Shown here piece after piece: positions 53,692-63,569 of a DNA stretch of 64,000 nucleotides. The stretch lies in assembly GCA_034530615.2 (NCBI GenBank), contig JAVRCV020000053.1, positions 64,001 to 128,000 on the forward strand, given 5' to 3'. Both the position numbers and the translations under genes were made by a program. How positions within the stretch are numbered: the stretch's first letter is position 1; every line of letters starts with the position of its first letter. Source of the stretch: Aulosira sp. ZfuVER01 (GTDB lineage Bacteria; Cyanobacteriota; Cyanobacteriia; Cyanobacteriales; Nostocaceae). The notes below the pieces were generated by a model, which ran no database searches, was not told the origin of the DNA, and saw only the letters and a program-made list of their open reading frames with translations.

Positions 53692-54363
53692 GTGATAAAG
53701 GTGGTCAAACTGATTGTCCCGCCACCTCGCTTTGGCAGGCCAAAACCAAAATTTTATAGTTTGAAAAAGGGCACGGAACTTTTCAGAATTTTCCGGACAG
53801 ATTTTGGTACTACTGCCCTGAGTTTTCGAGTGTGGGGTCCACTTTATCGCTTCGATCATCATCGTGGCAACCTTCCCAGTTTTTCCTACGAGCCACAGGA
53901 TTATCAACCAGCCAATGACCAAGAACGTGGTATATACTACCTTGCACCAAAAGTTTCCAGTTGTCTAGTGGAAGTTTTTGGCGATATCGGTTGTATAGAA
54001 ATTACCGACCAACAAATTGCGATCGTTACTGTCACCAGGGATTTAAAATTATTGGATCTCCGGGGTACAGGCGCGATGCGAGCGGGTGCGAATGAAGCCA
54101 CCCTAGCCAAGACAGAAAAGCGTTCCCTTAGCCAAGCTTGGTCGCGCTACTTTTATGAGCAGCCAGCAATTTACACCCAAATTCATGGATTAATTTATTG
54201 CAATGCTCATAATAATGAAGATGCGATCGCTATTTACGAGCGTGCGGAAAATTTCTTCACCTGTAGTCCAGAAAATGTATTACCCCTAAAACACGAATTG
54301 TTACGGGGTCTGATTTTAAAAGCGGCGGATGAGAATAATTTAGAAGTCATTCCCTATTGGTAA
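53692..54363 (+). CDS. RES domain protein (putative NAD+-targeting toxin)
   Basis: LFRIF, YRFDHH, GIYYLA...CLVEVFG, LLDLRG, GLIY, AIAIYER; GTG 53701 after gaggag may be the start. Confidence 0.85.
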   Translation: MIKVVKLIVPPPRFGRPKPKFYSLKKGTELFRIFRTDFGTTALSFRVWGPLYRFDHHRGNLPSFSYEPQDYQPANDQERGIYYLAPKVSSCLVEVFGDIGCIEITDQQIAIVTVTRDLKLLDLRGTGAMRAGANEATLAKTEKRSLSQAWSRYFYEQPAIYTQIHGLIYCNAHNNEDAIAIYERAENFFTCSPENVLPLKHELLRGLILKAADENNLEVIPYW

Positions 54364-54384
54364 TTCTGGTTAACACAAATGCTG

Positions 54385-54411
54385 GTAGGGGGTGGGTTTC
54401 CCCGCCCTTAC
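54385..54411. repeat. GTAG-type REP-like palindrome
   Basis: gtagggggtggg-ttt-ccccgcccttac imperfect hairpin after the RES stop. Confidence 0.55.
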
Positions 54412-54451
54412 TTTACGAGAATTTATATATCGCTATTTTTAAATAAAAATT

Positions 54452-55369
54452 ATGATTAGCAAACCAAATCCAGAACCAGGTAGCAACCAAATTTCTAGAG
54501 AAGCAGTGGATTGGCTACTTAGACGAATCCTTCACATTCCCAAAAACTGGTTAATAATTAGTAGTATTTTTATTCTTATCAGTACCTTTCAAATAACTGG
54601 TGGTGAAAAAATTACCTTTAAATTTGAAGTAACCAACACCACAGCCGTTTTTTTAGGGCTTATTTGGCTACCATCTCTACTGAAAATAATTGCCTTGACA
54701 GGAGGCGCAATCAAAACGCCAGTAGGGGAAATTACTGGCTCTAGTATGATGCCGATGCTACAGTCATTAACGGGAGATACTCTAGGATTTTTGATTGAGC
54801 ATACTAAGCTAGCAGAAGATATTGCACCACCACAACAGCAGCTAGAAATGCGGCAAATGCGCCATGAATGGCAGAAAGCCTATGCATCCAGGATTCCTTC
54901 GTCGGAAGCACGAAAACAAATTGAAAGCTTAAGTCAACGCTACAAAGAACTCAGAAGTTCTCTACCATCAGGCGCAAAACGCACATTTGAGATGGAGTCT
55001 ATTGCTGGGAGGATGCGTGCGCTGGCTTCAGAAGTGAATTTTTCTGAATTAGAAGTAAACAACCTGCTCAAATCCAACGACCAAGGTAAGCGATTACTAG
55101 GACTTTCTGTAACAGAATGGTCTGGAGATCCGACTTATTTTTATGCAGTGTTGAATATCATTAATAATTCAGAAACAGCCTTTGAGCAGACCTGTGCATT
55201 GCGAGCAGCCGAAAAGATGGTAGCTAGGATCAATACTCAGCAGAAACAAGACTTGCACTCAGTGCTGCTACATCAACGCAATTTTAATGAAGCAGAAAAG
55301 TGTTGGATTAGACCTAATTCTAATCGTTGGGCATTAAGCGATCGCATTTTGACAGCCCTAGAAGAATAG
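54452..55369 (+). CDS. Hypothetical protein: two N-terminal TM segments plus helical (HEAT-like) domain
   Basis: Hydrophobic segments at about aa 33-47 and 64-82; C-terminal RYKELRSSLPSGAKRTFEME..RMR and GKRLLGL. Confidence 0.7.
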   Translation: MISKPNPEPGSNQISREAVDWLLRRILHIPKNWLIISSIFILISTFQITGGEKITFKFEVTNTTAVFLGLIWLPSLLKIIALTGGAIKTPVGEITGSSMMPMLQSLTGDTLGFLIEHTKLAEDIAPPQQQLEMRQMRHEWQKAYASRIPSSEARKQIESLSQRYKELRSSLPSGAKRTFEMESIAGRMRALASEVNFSELEVNNLLKSNDQGKRLLGLSVTEWSGDPTYFYAVLNIINNSETAFEQTCALRAAEKMVARINTQQKQDLHSVLLHQRNFNEAEKCWIRPNSNRWALSDRILTALEE

Positions 55370-55382
55370 CGATCTACAGTTG

Positions 55383-57590
55383 CTACAACTTAGGTAAAAT
55401 TTCTGGTAACATCTGACCGGGAACTTTTGATAAAGCCAGATTTTGCCCTTGTATTCCTAATTCATTGTGGAAAGCACGAATTGTTTTCACCACATAAGAA
55501 AAGGTTGTTTGATAAGCTTCTGGTTGTTTACTCAATCCATTTAATGCTTGCAAATGGTTATCTAATGCAGCTTCTAAATGTTGAGAACGTTGTGGTTTAT
55601 CACCATTGAAATATTTATCTGTAGCAATCTGATAATGGGCTAGTCCTAAATTATTGTGAGTGGCTAGCAAATCAAAACTTAAAACAGAAGCATGAAGTGA
55701 GTGAGCGATCGCTAAAGCCTCGTTGTAAGCAGCAATGCACAATTGCAGATATTTATGCTTATCTTCTTTATTCGTCTGTGAGAGATTTGCTAAATGCCAG
55801 TAGGCTGTGCCCAGATTATTTTGAGTAGCAGCACAGCCGCTAGGAACGGCCGCTGGTGTGCGATATTTGAGAGCATCACAATAAACATCAATAGCCATCT
55901 GAAGATGGTGCGCTGGTTGCTCGTACTGTGCAAGATTCCAATAGGCTGTGCCGATGTTGTTTTGAATCATGCCATACTTCAGCGGTTCATCGTCAGCGCT
56001 GTAGTGAGCAAGTGCTAGGTTATAAGCTGCGATCGCTTTCTTTAAATTCACTACAGGTTGATTATATTGCCCTAGATGCCAGTAAGCAGTACCCAAATTA
56101 TTCTGACAAGCTGCATACTTTAATGGCTCCATTGCCACTGTCCGGTAGCGCAACGCTTCGTTATAAGCTACAACAGCTTGCTGCCAACTCTCAGCTGGGT
56201 TAGAAAAACGAGCTAAATCTCCGTAAGCTGTGCCTAAATTATTTTGCACGCGAGCGTAAGTTTCTGGATGCGTCTGTGGTGAGATCAGCTTTAAAGCCAA
56301 CTTATAAAATTCAATTCCTTGTTCTATATAAGTTTGCCCTTCTTCAGAATTGGGTGGTGTGCGGTATAGCATCCAGTAAAGTGTACCCAAGTCATTTAAG
56401 ATATCCGGCAGTTGTGGTGAGGTATCATCAAAGGATACTGCTTCCTGGTAAGCAATAATTGCTACCATCAAGTTTTCTAATGTTGCCTGCCCTTGTTCAA
56501 TCCGCAGGCGATATAAGTTTCCTAAACGATGATAAGCAGCTGCTAGTACTTCTCCTGAAGCATTCTGTGAGTGTAATCGCTCAATATCTACAAGTATGTG
56601 CTGCGCTTGCGAAATTTCATCGTCATCTTGAATAACTTTAGTATTAATTGTTGCTAATACTAAATCAGTTAATTCCTTGCTAATATGAGCCAAAGATGGC
56701 AGTGGTGGAAGATTCTTGGCGCTGATTCTAATCGGAGCTTGTTCCTGCTTAGGCTCAACTTTTAATAGCTCCGTTGAAATAGAAACTTCCTGAGGTTGCT
56801 GCCCATTATTTACTGGTGTCTCTGGTTGAAAATCGAAATCATCCTCAAACTTCAGTTCGCTTTCCTCTGCTGCTTTTAACTCTGCCTGAGCGACTGCTTG
56901 TTCTAAAATAGATGGTTCAAAATTGTCAAAATCCAGACTTCTAGAGCCTACAAATCTTTCTGGATAGCCTGCATGGGTTGTTGGTGTCGGTTCGCCTGCA
57001 AAGAAAAACACACCAGTACGGTGATGCCAAAACTGTGGTGCTGACTGCTGAATTGCAGATAACCAAGGACGTGGTACCCATAAAAGCAAGCTAGATTCTA
57101 GGAAGCGGCTAGATTCTTGCGTAGATAAATACTCCTCACTTAAGCGGAGATAGTGTAAAAATAAACGCTGTACTGCGACTGGTTGCTTGGTTAGTAACTC
57201 TACACCAACAATTTGAAATGCAGGTATTGGTAAAGGTCGTCCTGGGGTGTCTTTTGATGCTCCCACAATTGGCGGTGGATAATTAGTTAGCCATTGATTT
57301 ATCTGCGCGATAGGATTGGGGTCGCTTAAATTTAAACGCAAAGTTGCTAGGCGCGGATAGGCTGGGGTGCTACTTTCCAGGCTATCTTCTGGCTGATATA
57401 ACACTTGCCCAACTGGATAAGCCAAGGTAGAATGCAAACGAGCTGCTACTTGGTTTCTTAAGTGTAAATCATCACAAACTGCCAAAAAAAGTTGTCTTCG
57501 TAAATTTAGACTCAAGGCAAGTTTTAGGCGGTGATATACTTGCCGATTCCAAGCAAAATTATCTGTGTGTGCAGTATCATTCACGCTCAT
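55383..57590 (-). CDS. TPR-repeat protein
   Basis: Repeated YA..QNNLGTAYW units in the C-terminal half; alpha/beta N-domain without Walker A. Confidence 0.85.
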   Translation of the reverse strand: MSVNDTAHTDNFAWNRQVYHRLKLALSLNLRRQLFLAVCDDLHLRNQVAARLHSTLAYPVGQVLYQPEDSLESSTPAYPRLATLRLNLSDPNPIAQINQWLTNYPPPIVGASKDTPGRPLPIPAFQIVGVELLTKQPVAVQRLFLHYLRLSEEYLSTQESSRFLESSLLLWVPRPWLSAIQQSAPQFWHHRTGVFFFAGEPTPTTHAGYPERFVGSRSLDFDNFEPSILEQAVAQAELKAAEESELKFEDDFDFQPETPVNNGQQPQEVSISTELLKVEPKQEQAPIRISAKNLPPLPSLAHISKELTDLVLATINTKVIQDDDEISQAQHILVDIERLHSQNASGEVLAAAYHRLGNLYRLRIEQGQATLENLMVAIIAYQEAVSFDDTSPQLPDILNDLGTLYWMLYRTPPNSEEGQTYIEQGIEFYKLALKLISPQTHPETYARVQNNLGTAYGDLARFSNPAESWQQAVVAYNEALRYRTVAMEPLKYAACQNNLGTAYWHLGQYNQPVVNLKKAIAAYNLALAHYSADDEPLKYGMIQNNIGTAYWNLAQYEQPAHHLQMAIDVYCDALKYRTPAAVPSGCAATQNNLGTAYWHLANLSQTNKEDKHKYLQLCIAAYNEALAIAHSLHASVLSFDLLATHNNLGLAHYQIATDKYFNGDKPQRSQHLEAALDNHLQALNGLSKQPEAYQTTFSYVVKTIRAFHNELGIQGQNLALSKVPGQMLPEILPKL

Positions 57591-58364
57591 AGTGGCTACA
57601 AAGCCAAAACACAGTGTACATTCTCTTCAGTGGCAGATTTAAGCAGTCAAAAATCGAACCATAACTATGGTCTTCATCTAAGTGCTTTGCTGCTCAGGAT
57701 TAATTTGGCTTTATGGTCGGGAAGAACAATAAAGTGTATAATTATACTTCAATAAACATCATTATTTTAACAAAAATTGATACTCTTTTGACTGGACAAG
57801 CTTCTATTGTCGAATATTTGACAGATGCCCAGCCAAAGAGGAGCCAAATATATTTCCGCTGATAGAAGCTGAAGTTGGAATCTGGGCGATCGCTGGCAAT
57901 GAAATTCGGCAAGCTACTTCTCCTGTTTTTCACTTCCACCAAGAGGATCTGTCCGTTAAAAACTTTAAGATGAAAATAGTTTGGAATAGTCTGACTGAGA
58001 TGATTTCTGACCGCTGCTCAGAACGTGTCTGATACGAAGTTGCCTAGTGTAGCTTGGATAAAGCAGAACAGGATTTCGTCAGCAATTATTGAGTAATTTA
58101 AGCTAATCGGCAAGGTACGGTCTAACAACGCCCATGTACTCCGACCGTTGAAAGTTTATCTGTGAGAGTTCGAGAATATCAGATGCTTACAGAGAAATCA
58201 TCTCAACATCCGCCACCTAAGTTTTTCTGATTTAATTCGCTACAAACTTGTGAAATCCTGTACTGAATCCTCTTGCTTTCATAAAAAATCAGGCTCCTAG
58301 GAAATGGAAACCTGAAATTTGAGAAAAATTAAATTTTATTAAAAAACTTTCCGTTCAGCTGAGG

Positions 58365-58535
58365 TTACGAAACAGAGAAGGCGACGAAAATCAAGCCACC
58401 AACCAAAACTGTAGCGGCGATTCCCAGGAAAATATAGGTTCGCTTTTGCCCTGCATTGGGAGGTTCTGCTGAATAGACCTTAGGTTCGCGAGCAAAATTG
58501 TTGAGAAGACCGCCTTCTTCAGTTGTATAGGGCAT
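58365..58535 (-). CDS. psb34: Photosystem II assembly factor Psb34 (Ssl1498 family), 56 aa, missed by track
   Basis: MPYTTEEGGLLNNFAREPKVYSAEPPNAGQKRTYIFLGIAATVLVGGLIFVAFSVS translated by hand. Confidence 0.88.
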   Translation of the reverse strand: MPYTTEEGGLLNNFAREPKVYSAEPPNAGQKRTYIFLGIAATVLVGGLIFVAFSVS

Positions 58536-58659
58536 GAACTAATTCCTTGTTCTTATCGTTTGTTTAATTGTTACATAAACTTTATATTACACCTTCACGA
58601 AAAGTAAAAAATCGTCACATTGGTCAAGAGTCAAAAAAGTTTGGACTGTGACTCTGGAA

Positions 58660-58748
58660 CGCCAGTCGCTTTAAGTCGGGAAACCCTTTCGGCAGTTCCT
58701 CCTGGGGGAGACCCCCAAGACCGGACTGCCTCACCACGTCGCTGGCTC
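58660..58748. repeat. Nested GC-rich small dispersed repeats
   Basis: gccagtcgc..gggaaaccc[..ggcagt..ggggagacccc..actgcc..]..gctggc. Confidence 0.6.
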
Positions 58749-58762
58749 CTCTTGACAATTGA

Positions 58763-60760
58763 CTAATTAGTAATAGTGCCTGTAAGTGGTGAACTAGCAC
58801 TGGCGTAGTCTTTGATGGGCATTCTGCCAGCCAAGTATGCCAAGCGACCGGCGACTGTGGCTAGATTCATGGCTCGTGCCATTGCAGCTGGATCTTTTGC
58901 CAAAGCGATCGCACTATTAATTAATAAGGCATCTGCTCCTAATTCCATCGCCTGGGCTGCTTCTGATGGCGCACCAATACCAGCATCTACAACCACTGGT
59001 ATACCAGCGTTTTCAATGATTATCTGGATGTTAGCAGTTGTCTTCAATCCTTGCCCCGAACCGATAGGCGATGCTAAAGGCATGACTGTAGCACAGCCTA
59101 CTTCTTCTAAACGCTTGGCTAACATCGGGTCAGCGTTAATGTAGGGTAATACAGCAAAGCCTTCTTTTACCAATTGTTCTGCGGCTTGCAGCGTCCCAAT
59201 CGGGTCTGGTAGTAAATATTTAGGATCGGGGATGACTTCTAGCTTGACGAAATTATTATCTTCCTGTCCCAAGAGTTTTGCCATTTCTCGCCCTAAACGC
59301 GCCACCCGAATTGCTTCTTCTGCGTTTTGACAGCCTGCTGTATTGGGTAACATCCAAATTTTTTGCCAATCGAGTGCTTCGGCTAAACCTTCATGTCCCG
59401 CAGCTTTGGTTTGCACTCGCCGCACTGCTACAGTAACGATTTGACACTCACTCGCGGCAATACTTTGCTGCATTTCTTCAATGCTGCGATATTTACCAGT
59501 ACCAGTCATCAAACGAGATTGGAAGGTTTTGCCAGCAATAATCAGTGGTAAGTCCTGAGTGCTGAGTTGTGAGTTATCTAAAGCAACAAGGGAATGATGC
59601 CCATTAGAGAAATTCGCAGAGTGAGTGAGCATGGAGGTAGATGTTTTGGGGAGGAAGCGCGAATAGTGAAAATCAGAAAGTAAGGGGTCTGATTTTTGTT
59701 CGGAAATCAAATCAGCAATTAAGGCTGCGGTAATGGGTGCTAGCAGAATGCCATTGCGATAATGACCAACAGCCAAACTTAAATTTTTACAGGGGCTAGT
59801 ACCCAGAATCGGTAATTCATCAGGAGTAGCTGGACGAAATCCCCACCAAAATTCTTCTATGGGATAATCCTGTAATTGCGGATAGAGGCGGATAGCTTTT
59901 TGCAGTAGGCTTTGAATACCTGCGGGGGTGTTGTGAGGTGTAAAACCAACATCTTCGCTAGTTGCACCAATAATAATCGAGCGATTTCTTCTAGGGATAA
60001 TATAAATTTCTTGCCCATACAAAACTCGTGTCAGAGGCAATTCTGGCAGAGATTCCGGTACTCGCACCCGCAGCATTTGTCCTTTGCGCGGATGCACGGG
60101 TAAAGGTAATAATTCATTTGACCAAGCACCTGTGGCTAAAACATAATGGTCAGCGTGAATTACGCCTATACTGGTTTGCACGCCCAGCACTTTGCCTTGC
60201 TGCTGTAAAAATGCTTCAACGCTGACGCCATCTTTGAGTTCAACACCAAGGGACTCAGCCGCCATCCACAGGACACGTGCTAAGGCGCGATTATCTACTT
60301 GTCCGTCTTCGGGATACCACCAGCCACCTACTACTTCGGCTGATAAACCTGGTTGATATTGCTCAATGGCTGCTCGATCTAACCAGTAAGCGGGTGATTC
60401 ACGCGCAGAGGGGAAATTGAAGTTCTTGTCTCCCCTGCTCCTCTGCTCCTCTGCTCCTCTGCTCTCTTGATATACAGGTGCTAAGATGCCACAGGGCCAG
60501 TAATGTGCGGGTAAACCAGCGAGTTCTTCAAGTTTGTGCGTCCAGTCTGGATATAAAGCACGCGATCGCCAACACAAAGCATACATTGCCTCATTTGTCA
60601 GCTTTTCCGCATCTGGTGCCAACATCCCAGCCGCCGCATGGCTAGCAGCGGCGTTAAAATCACGGCAAAGCACGGTGACATTTGCCCCGCGCAGTTTCAG
60701 TTCTACGGCGATCGCCAAGCCAATAACGCCGCCGCCAATAATTAAAATGTCACTAGTCAT
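58763..60760 (-). CDS. thiG: Fused glycine oxidase ThiO / thiazole synthase ThiG
   Basis: [31 protein letters not shown]; then [28 protein letters not shown]. Confidence 0.93.
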   Translation of the reverse strand: MTSDILIIGGGVIGLAIAVELKLRGANVTVLCRDFNAAASHAAAGMLAPDAEKLTNEAMYALCWRSRALYPDWTHKLEELAGLPAHYWPCGILAPVYQESRGAEEQRSRGDKNFNFPSARESPAYWLDRAAIEQYQPGLSAEVVGGWWYPEDGQVDNRALARVLWMAAESLGVELKDGVSVEAFLQQQGKVLGVQTSIGVIHADHYVLATGAWSNELLPLPVHPRKGQMLRVRVPESLPELPLTRVLYGQEIYIIPRRNRSIIIGATSEDVGFTPHNTPAGIQSLLQKAIRLYPQLQDYPIEEFWWGFRPATPDELPILGTSPCKNLSLAVGHYRNGILLAPITAALIADLISEQKSDPLLSDFHYSRFLPKTSTSMLTHSANFSNGHHSLVALDNSQLSTQDLPLIIAGKTFQSRLMTGTGKYRSIEEMQQSIAASECQIVTVAVRRVQTKAAGHEGLAEALDWQKIWMLPNTAGCQNAEEAIRVARLGREMAKLLGQEDNNFVKLEVIPDPKYLLPDPIGTLQAAEQLVKEGFAVLPYINADPMLAKRLEEVGCATVMPLASPIGSGQGLKTTANIQIIIENAGIPVVVDAGIGAPSEAAQAMELGADALLINSAIALAKDPAAMARAMNLATVAGRLAYLAGRMPIKDYASASSPLTGTITN

Positions 60761-60878
60761 TAGTCATTAGTCATACATTATTAGCCATTTATCATTAGTA
60801 CATAACTAACAACTCATAACTAATAACTCATCACTCATAACTTATAACTTATAACTCGCAACCAATGACGAGCAACCT

Positions 60879-61244
60879 CTACCACAAGGCGCGAATTGGT
60901 TGCGAGTTTTGATTGTCATCACTCGATTGGGTATCTGTAGATTGAGCCTCTGTGGATTGAGTATCTGTAGTGTTTGTGTCTGAAGAGCTTTCCGTATCTG
61001 AGGTTGAGTCGTTAGTCGAGGTATTATTTTGAGCAACGCTGCGCCTGCTTTCAGTTGTAGAATCGTTATTCCTGCCCGCAGCTGTACTATTAACATTAAT
61101 ATTAGCCGGGAGAACTTTTGAGGTTTTACCACCGGGAGGAACGCTGGCACTCTGTACGCCCATAGGAAAGTTAATGCCTAGCAATGTACCCAGCAATATC
61201 GCCAAGCCTCCAGCCATCAGAATTAGCGGTGTCCATCTACCCAT
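60879..61244 (-). CDS. Small exported Ser/Thr/Asp-rich protein
   Basis: N-terminal hydrophobic helix, low-complexity body, PIRALW C-terminus. Confidence 0.65.
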   Translation of the reverse strand: MGRWTPLILMAGGLAILLGTLLGINFPMGVQSASVPPGGKTSKVLPANINVNSTAAGRNNDSTTESRRSVAQNNTSTNDSTSDTESSSDTNTTDTQSTEAQSTDTQSSDDNQNSQPIRALW

Positions 61245-61731
61245 GTTGTTTTGCTCCTTGTTAACCTTGTGTTGTCTACTTTATTCGAGAAATTGCCAAA
61301 ATCGTTCAAATTTTGGTTTTCTGATGATTGATTGTCATAAAACCTCAGTCAGTACGTCAGGCTAAACGCAGGTCTGTTGTAGGAGAATGGGGAGGAAGCG
61401 AACGCTGCGTTTAATTCCGCCAATTCGCTGCTGATACTTCGCCTTCTACCTTAACTGCACAGCTACCACATCGCCAACCCAGCGATAGTTTATTAGATTA
61501 ACACCGCCATTGTAGAGGTCAATACTATTTTGCAGCAAAGTTCTTCTTTAGTTAGCTCCGCAATGGACACTATTTTTTCTGAGTCTTTAGGTAACGTAAC
61601 CGACTCTGGCGATCGCATCCACCATTGGCTTGATCTACAGCTAGTAGCTTGGGCATTGTTGAATTAGCAAACTGGCTTTTTGTTGTATATTGGCAGATTG
61701 CCTTGAAAGTTGTCTCGCAAGTTCCAGTCTT

Positions 61732-63429
61732 ATGACCACAAATTCTTCACCTCAACTTTGGCTCTATGACACGACGCTACGGGATGGTACTCAACGCGAA
61801 GGACTATCGGTGTCCATAGAAGATAAGTTACGTATTGCCAGGAGACTCGATCAACTAGGAATTCCCTTCATTGAAGGTGGTTGGCCTGGTGCCAATCCCA
61901 AGGATGTACAATTTTTCTGGCAATTACAGGAAGATCCGCTCAAAAAATCCGAAATTGTGGCTTTTTGCTCAACACGCCGTCCTAACACCACTGCTGCATC
62001 AGAATCGATGCTCCAAGCCATTCTAGCGGCTGGTACGCGCTGGGTAACAGTTTTTGGTAAGTCTTGGGATTTACACGTCACAACAGGTCTGAAAACGACT
62101 TTAGAAGAGAATTTGGCGATGATCCGCGATACGGTTGAGTACCTTTGTACCCAAGGGCGACGCGTAATCTACGATGCAGAACATTGGTTTGATGGCTACA
62201 AGCACAACCCAGATTATGCTTTACAGACATTAGATGCTGCGATCGCATCTGGTGCAGAATGGCTAGTTCTGTGTGATACCAATGGCGGTACTTTACCCCA
62301 TGAAGTTAGCCAAATTGTCGAAGCAGTCAATAGTCATTTGTCATTAGTCATTTGTCAAGAACCAATGACTAATGACAAAGGACAAAGGACAATCCCTCAA
62401 ATTGGCATTCACACTCATAATGACTCCGACCTAGCAGTTGCTAATGCCTTAGCTGCTGTCATGGCTGGAGCGACGATGGTACAAGGTACAATCAACGGTT
62501 ACGGTGAACGTTGTGGTAATGCTAACCTCTGTTCGTTAATTCCCAATTTACAATTGAAGTTGGGTCATAGCTGTATCGGTGAAGACGAGCTAGCGCAACT
62601 TACAGAAGCTAGTCGCTTTGTCAGTGAGGTGGTAAACCTAGCTCCTGATGAACACGCGCCCTTTGTTGGTAGGTCAGCATTTGCTCACAAAGGCGGTATT
62701 CATGTATCCGCCGTTGAACGCAATCCCCTCACCTACGAACATATTCAGCCAGAACAAGTAGGAAACCGTCGCCGCATTGTCATTTCCGAACAATCTGGTC
62801 TGAGTAATGTCTTAGCGAAAGCCCGGACTTTTGGGATTGAATTAGATCAGCATCAACCAGAAGCACGGCAAATCCTCCAACGGATGAAAGACTTGGAGAG
62901 AGAAGGATATCAATTTGAAGCCGCCGAAGCCAGTTTCGCCTTGTTGATGTACGAAGCTTTGGGGGGTCGCCAGCAGTTTTTTGAAGTTAAAGGTTTTCAA
63001 GTCCACTGCGATTTGATTGAAGACAAACAAGCAAGCAGCGCTTTAGCGACAATTAAAGTAGCTGTCAATGGTCAGAATATTTTGGAGGCTGCGGAAGGTA
63101 ATGGCCCTGTAGCAGCTTTAGATGCTGCTTTACGCAAGGCTCTGTTAAACTTCTACCCCGAAATCGCAGAGTTTGAGTTAACAGATTATAAAGTCCGGAT
63201 TCTCAATGGACACACAGGTACAGCAGCCAAAACACGGGCACTAGTAGAATCGGGTAACGGCCATCAACGCTGGACTACCGTAGGAGTTTCGACAAATATT
63301 TTGGAGGCTTCCTATCAAGCTGTGGTAGAAGGATTGGAGTATGGTTTGTTGCTGCACTCCCGAAAAGAAACTGTATTAATCCCTACCCAGAAGTCGAAAG
63401 CTGAGAACACTATCATTTCTGAATCGTAA
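61732..63429 (+). CDS. cimA: Citramalate synthase (LeuA/CimA family)
   Basis: YDTTLRDGTQREG, GGWPGANPKD, DAEHWFDG, HTHND, GERCGNA, AFAHKGGIH; ATG 61732. Confidence 0.9.
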   Translation: MTTNSSPQLWLYDTTLRDGTQREGLSVSIEDKLRIARRLDQLGIPFIEGGWPGANPKDVQFFWQLQEDPLKKSEIVAFCSTRRPNTTAASESMLQAILAAGTRWVTVFGKSWDLHVTTGLKTTLEENLAMIRDTVEYLCTQGRRVIYDAEHWFDGYKHNPDYALQTLDAAIASGAEWLVLCDTNGGTLPHEVSQIVEAVNSHLSLVICQEPMTNDKGQRTIPQIGIHTHNDSDLAVANALAAVMAGATMVQGTINGYGERCGNANLCSLIPNLQLKLGHSCIGEDELAQLTEASRFVSEVVNLAPDEHAPFVGRSAFAHKGGIHVSAVERNPLTYEHIQPEQVGNRRRIVISEQSGLSNVLAKARTFGIELDQHQPEARQILQRMKDLEREGYQFEAAEASFALLMYEALGGRQQFFEVKGFQVHCDLIEDKQASSALATIKVAVNGQNILEAAEGNGPVAALDAALRKALLNFYPEIAEFELTDYKVRILNGHTGTAAKTRALVESGNGHQRWTTVGVSTNILEASYQAVVEGLEYGLLLHSRKETVLIPTQKSKAENTIISES

Positions 63430-63569
63430 ATTTTACATTTTCTCAAAAGGGTGTTAACTGCCCAGAAACATTTCAATTAAAAACAGATCCATTGCCAATC
63501 TCAAACCTTGTTTCATGTTGCTTCCCACACCAAAATGTGATTGGCAATCTGGGCAAACACCAACAGTTT

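Noticed and set aside
58763..60760. ThiO-ThiG fusion as a novelty
   Set aside because: The fusion is already known in cyanobacteria; only the repeat insertion is reported.
60761..60878. TPP riboswitch upstream of thiO-thiG
   Set aside because: The region is STRR heptamers; no TPP aptamer core seen.
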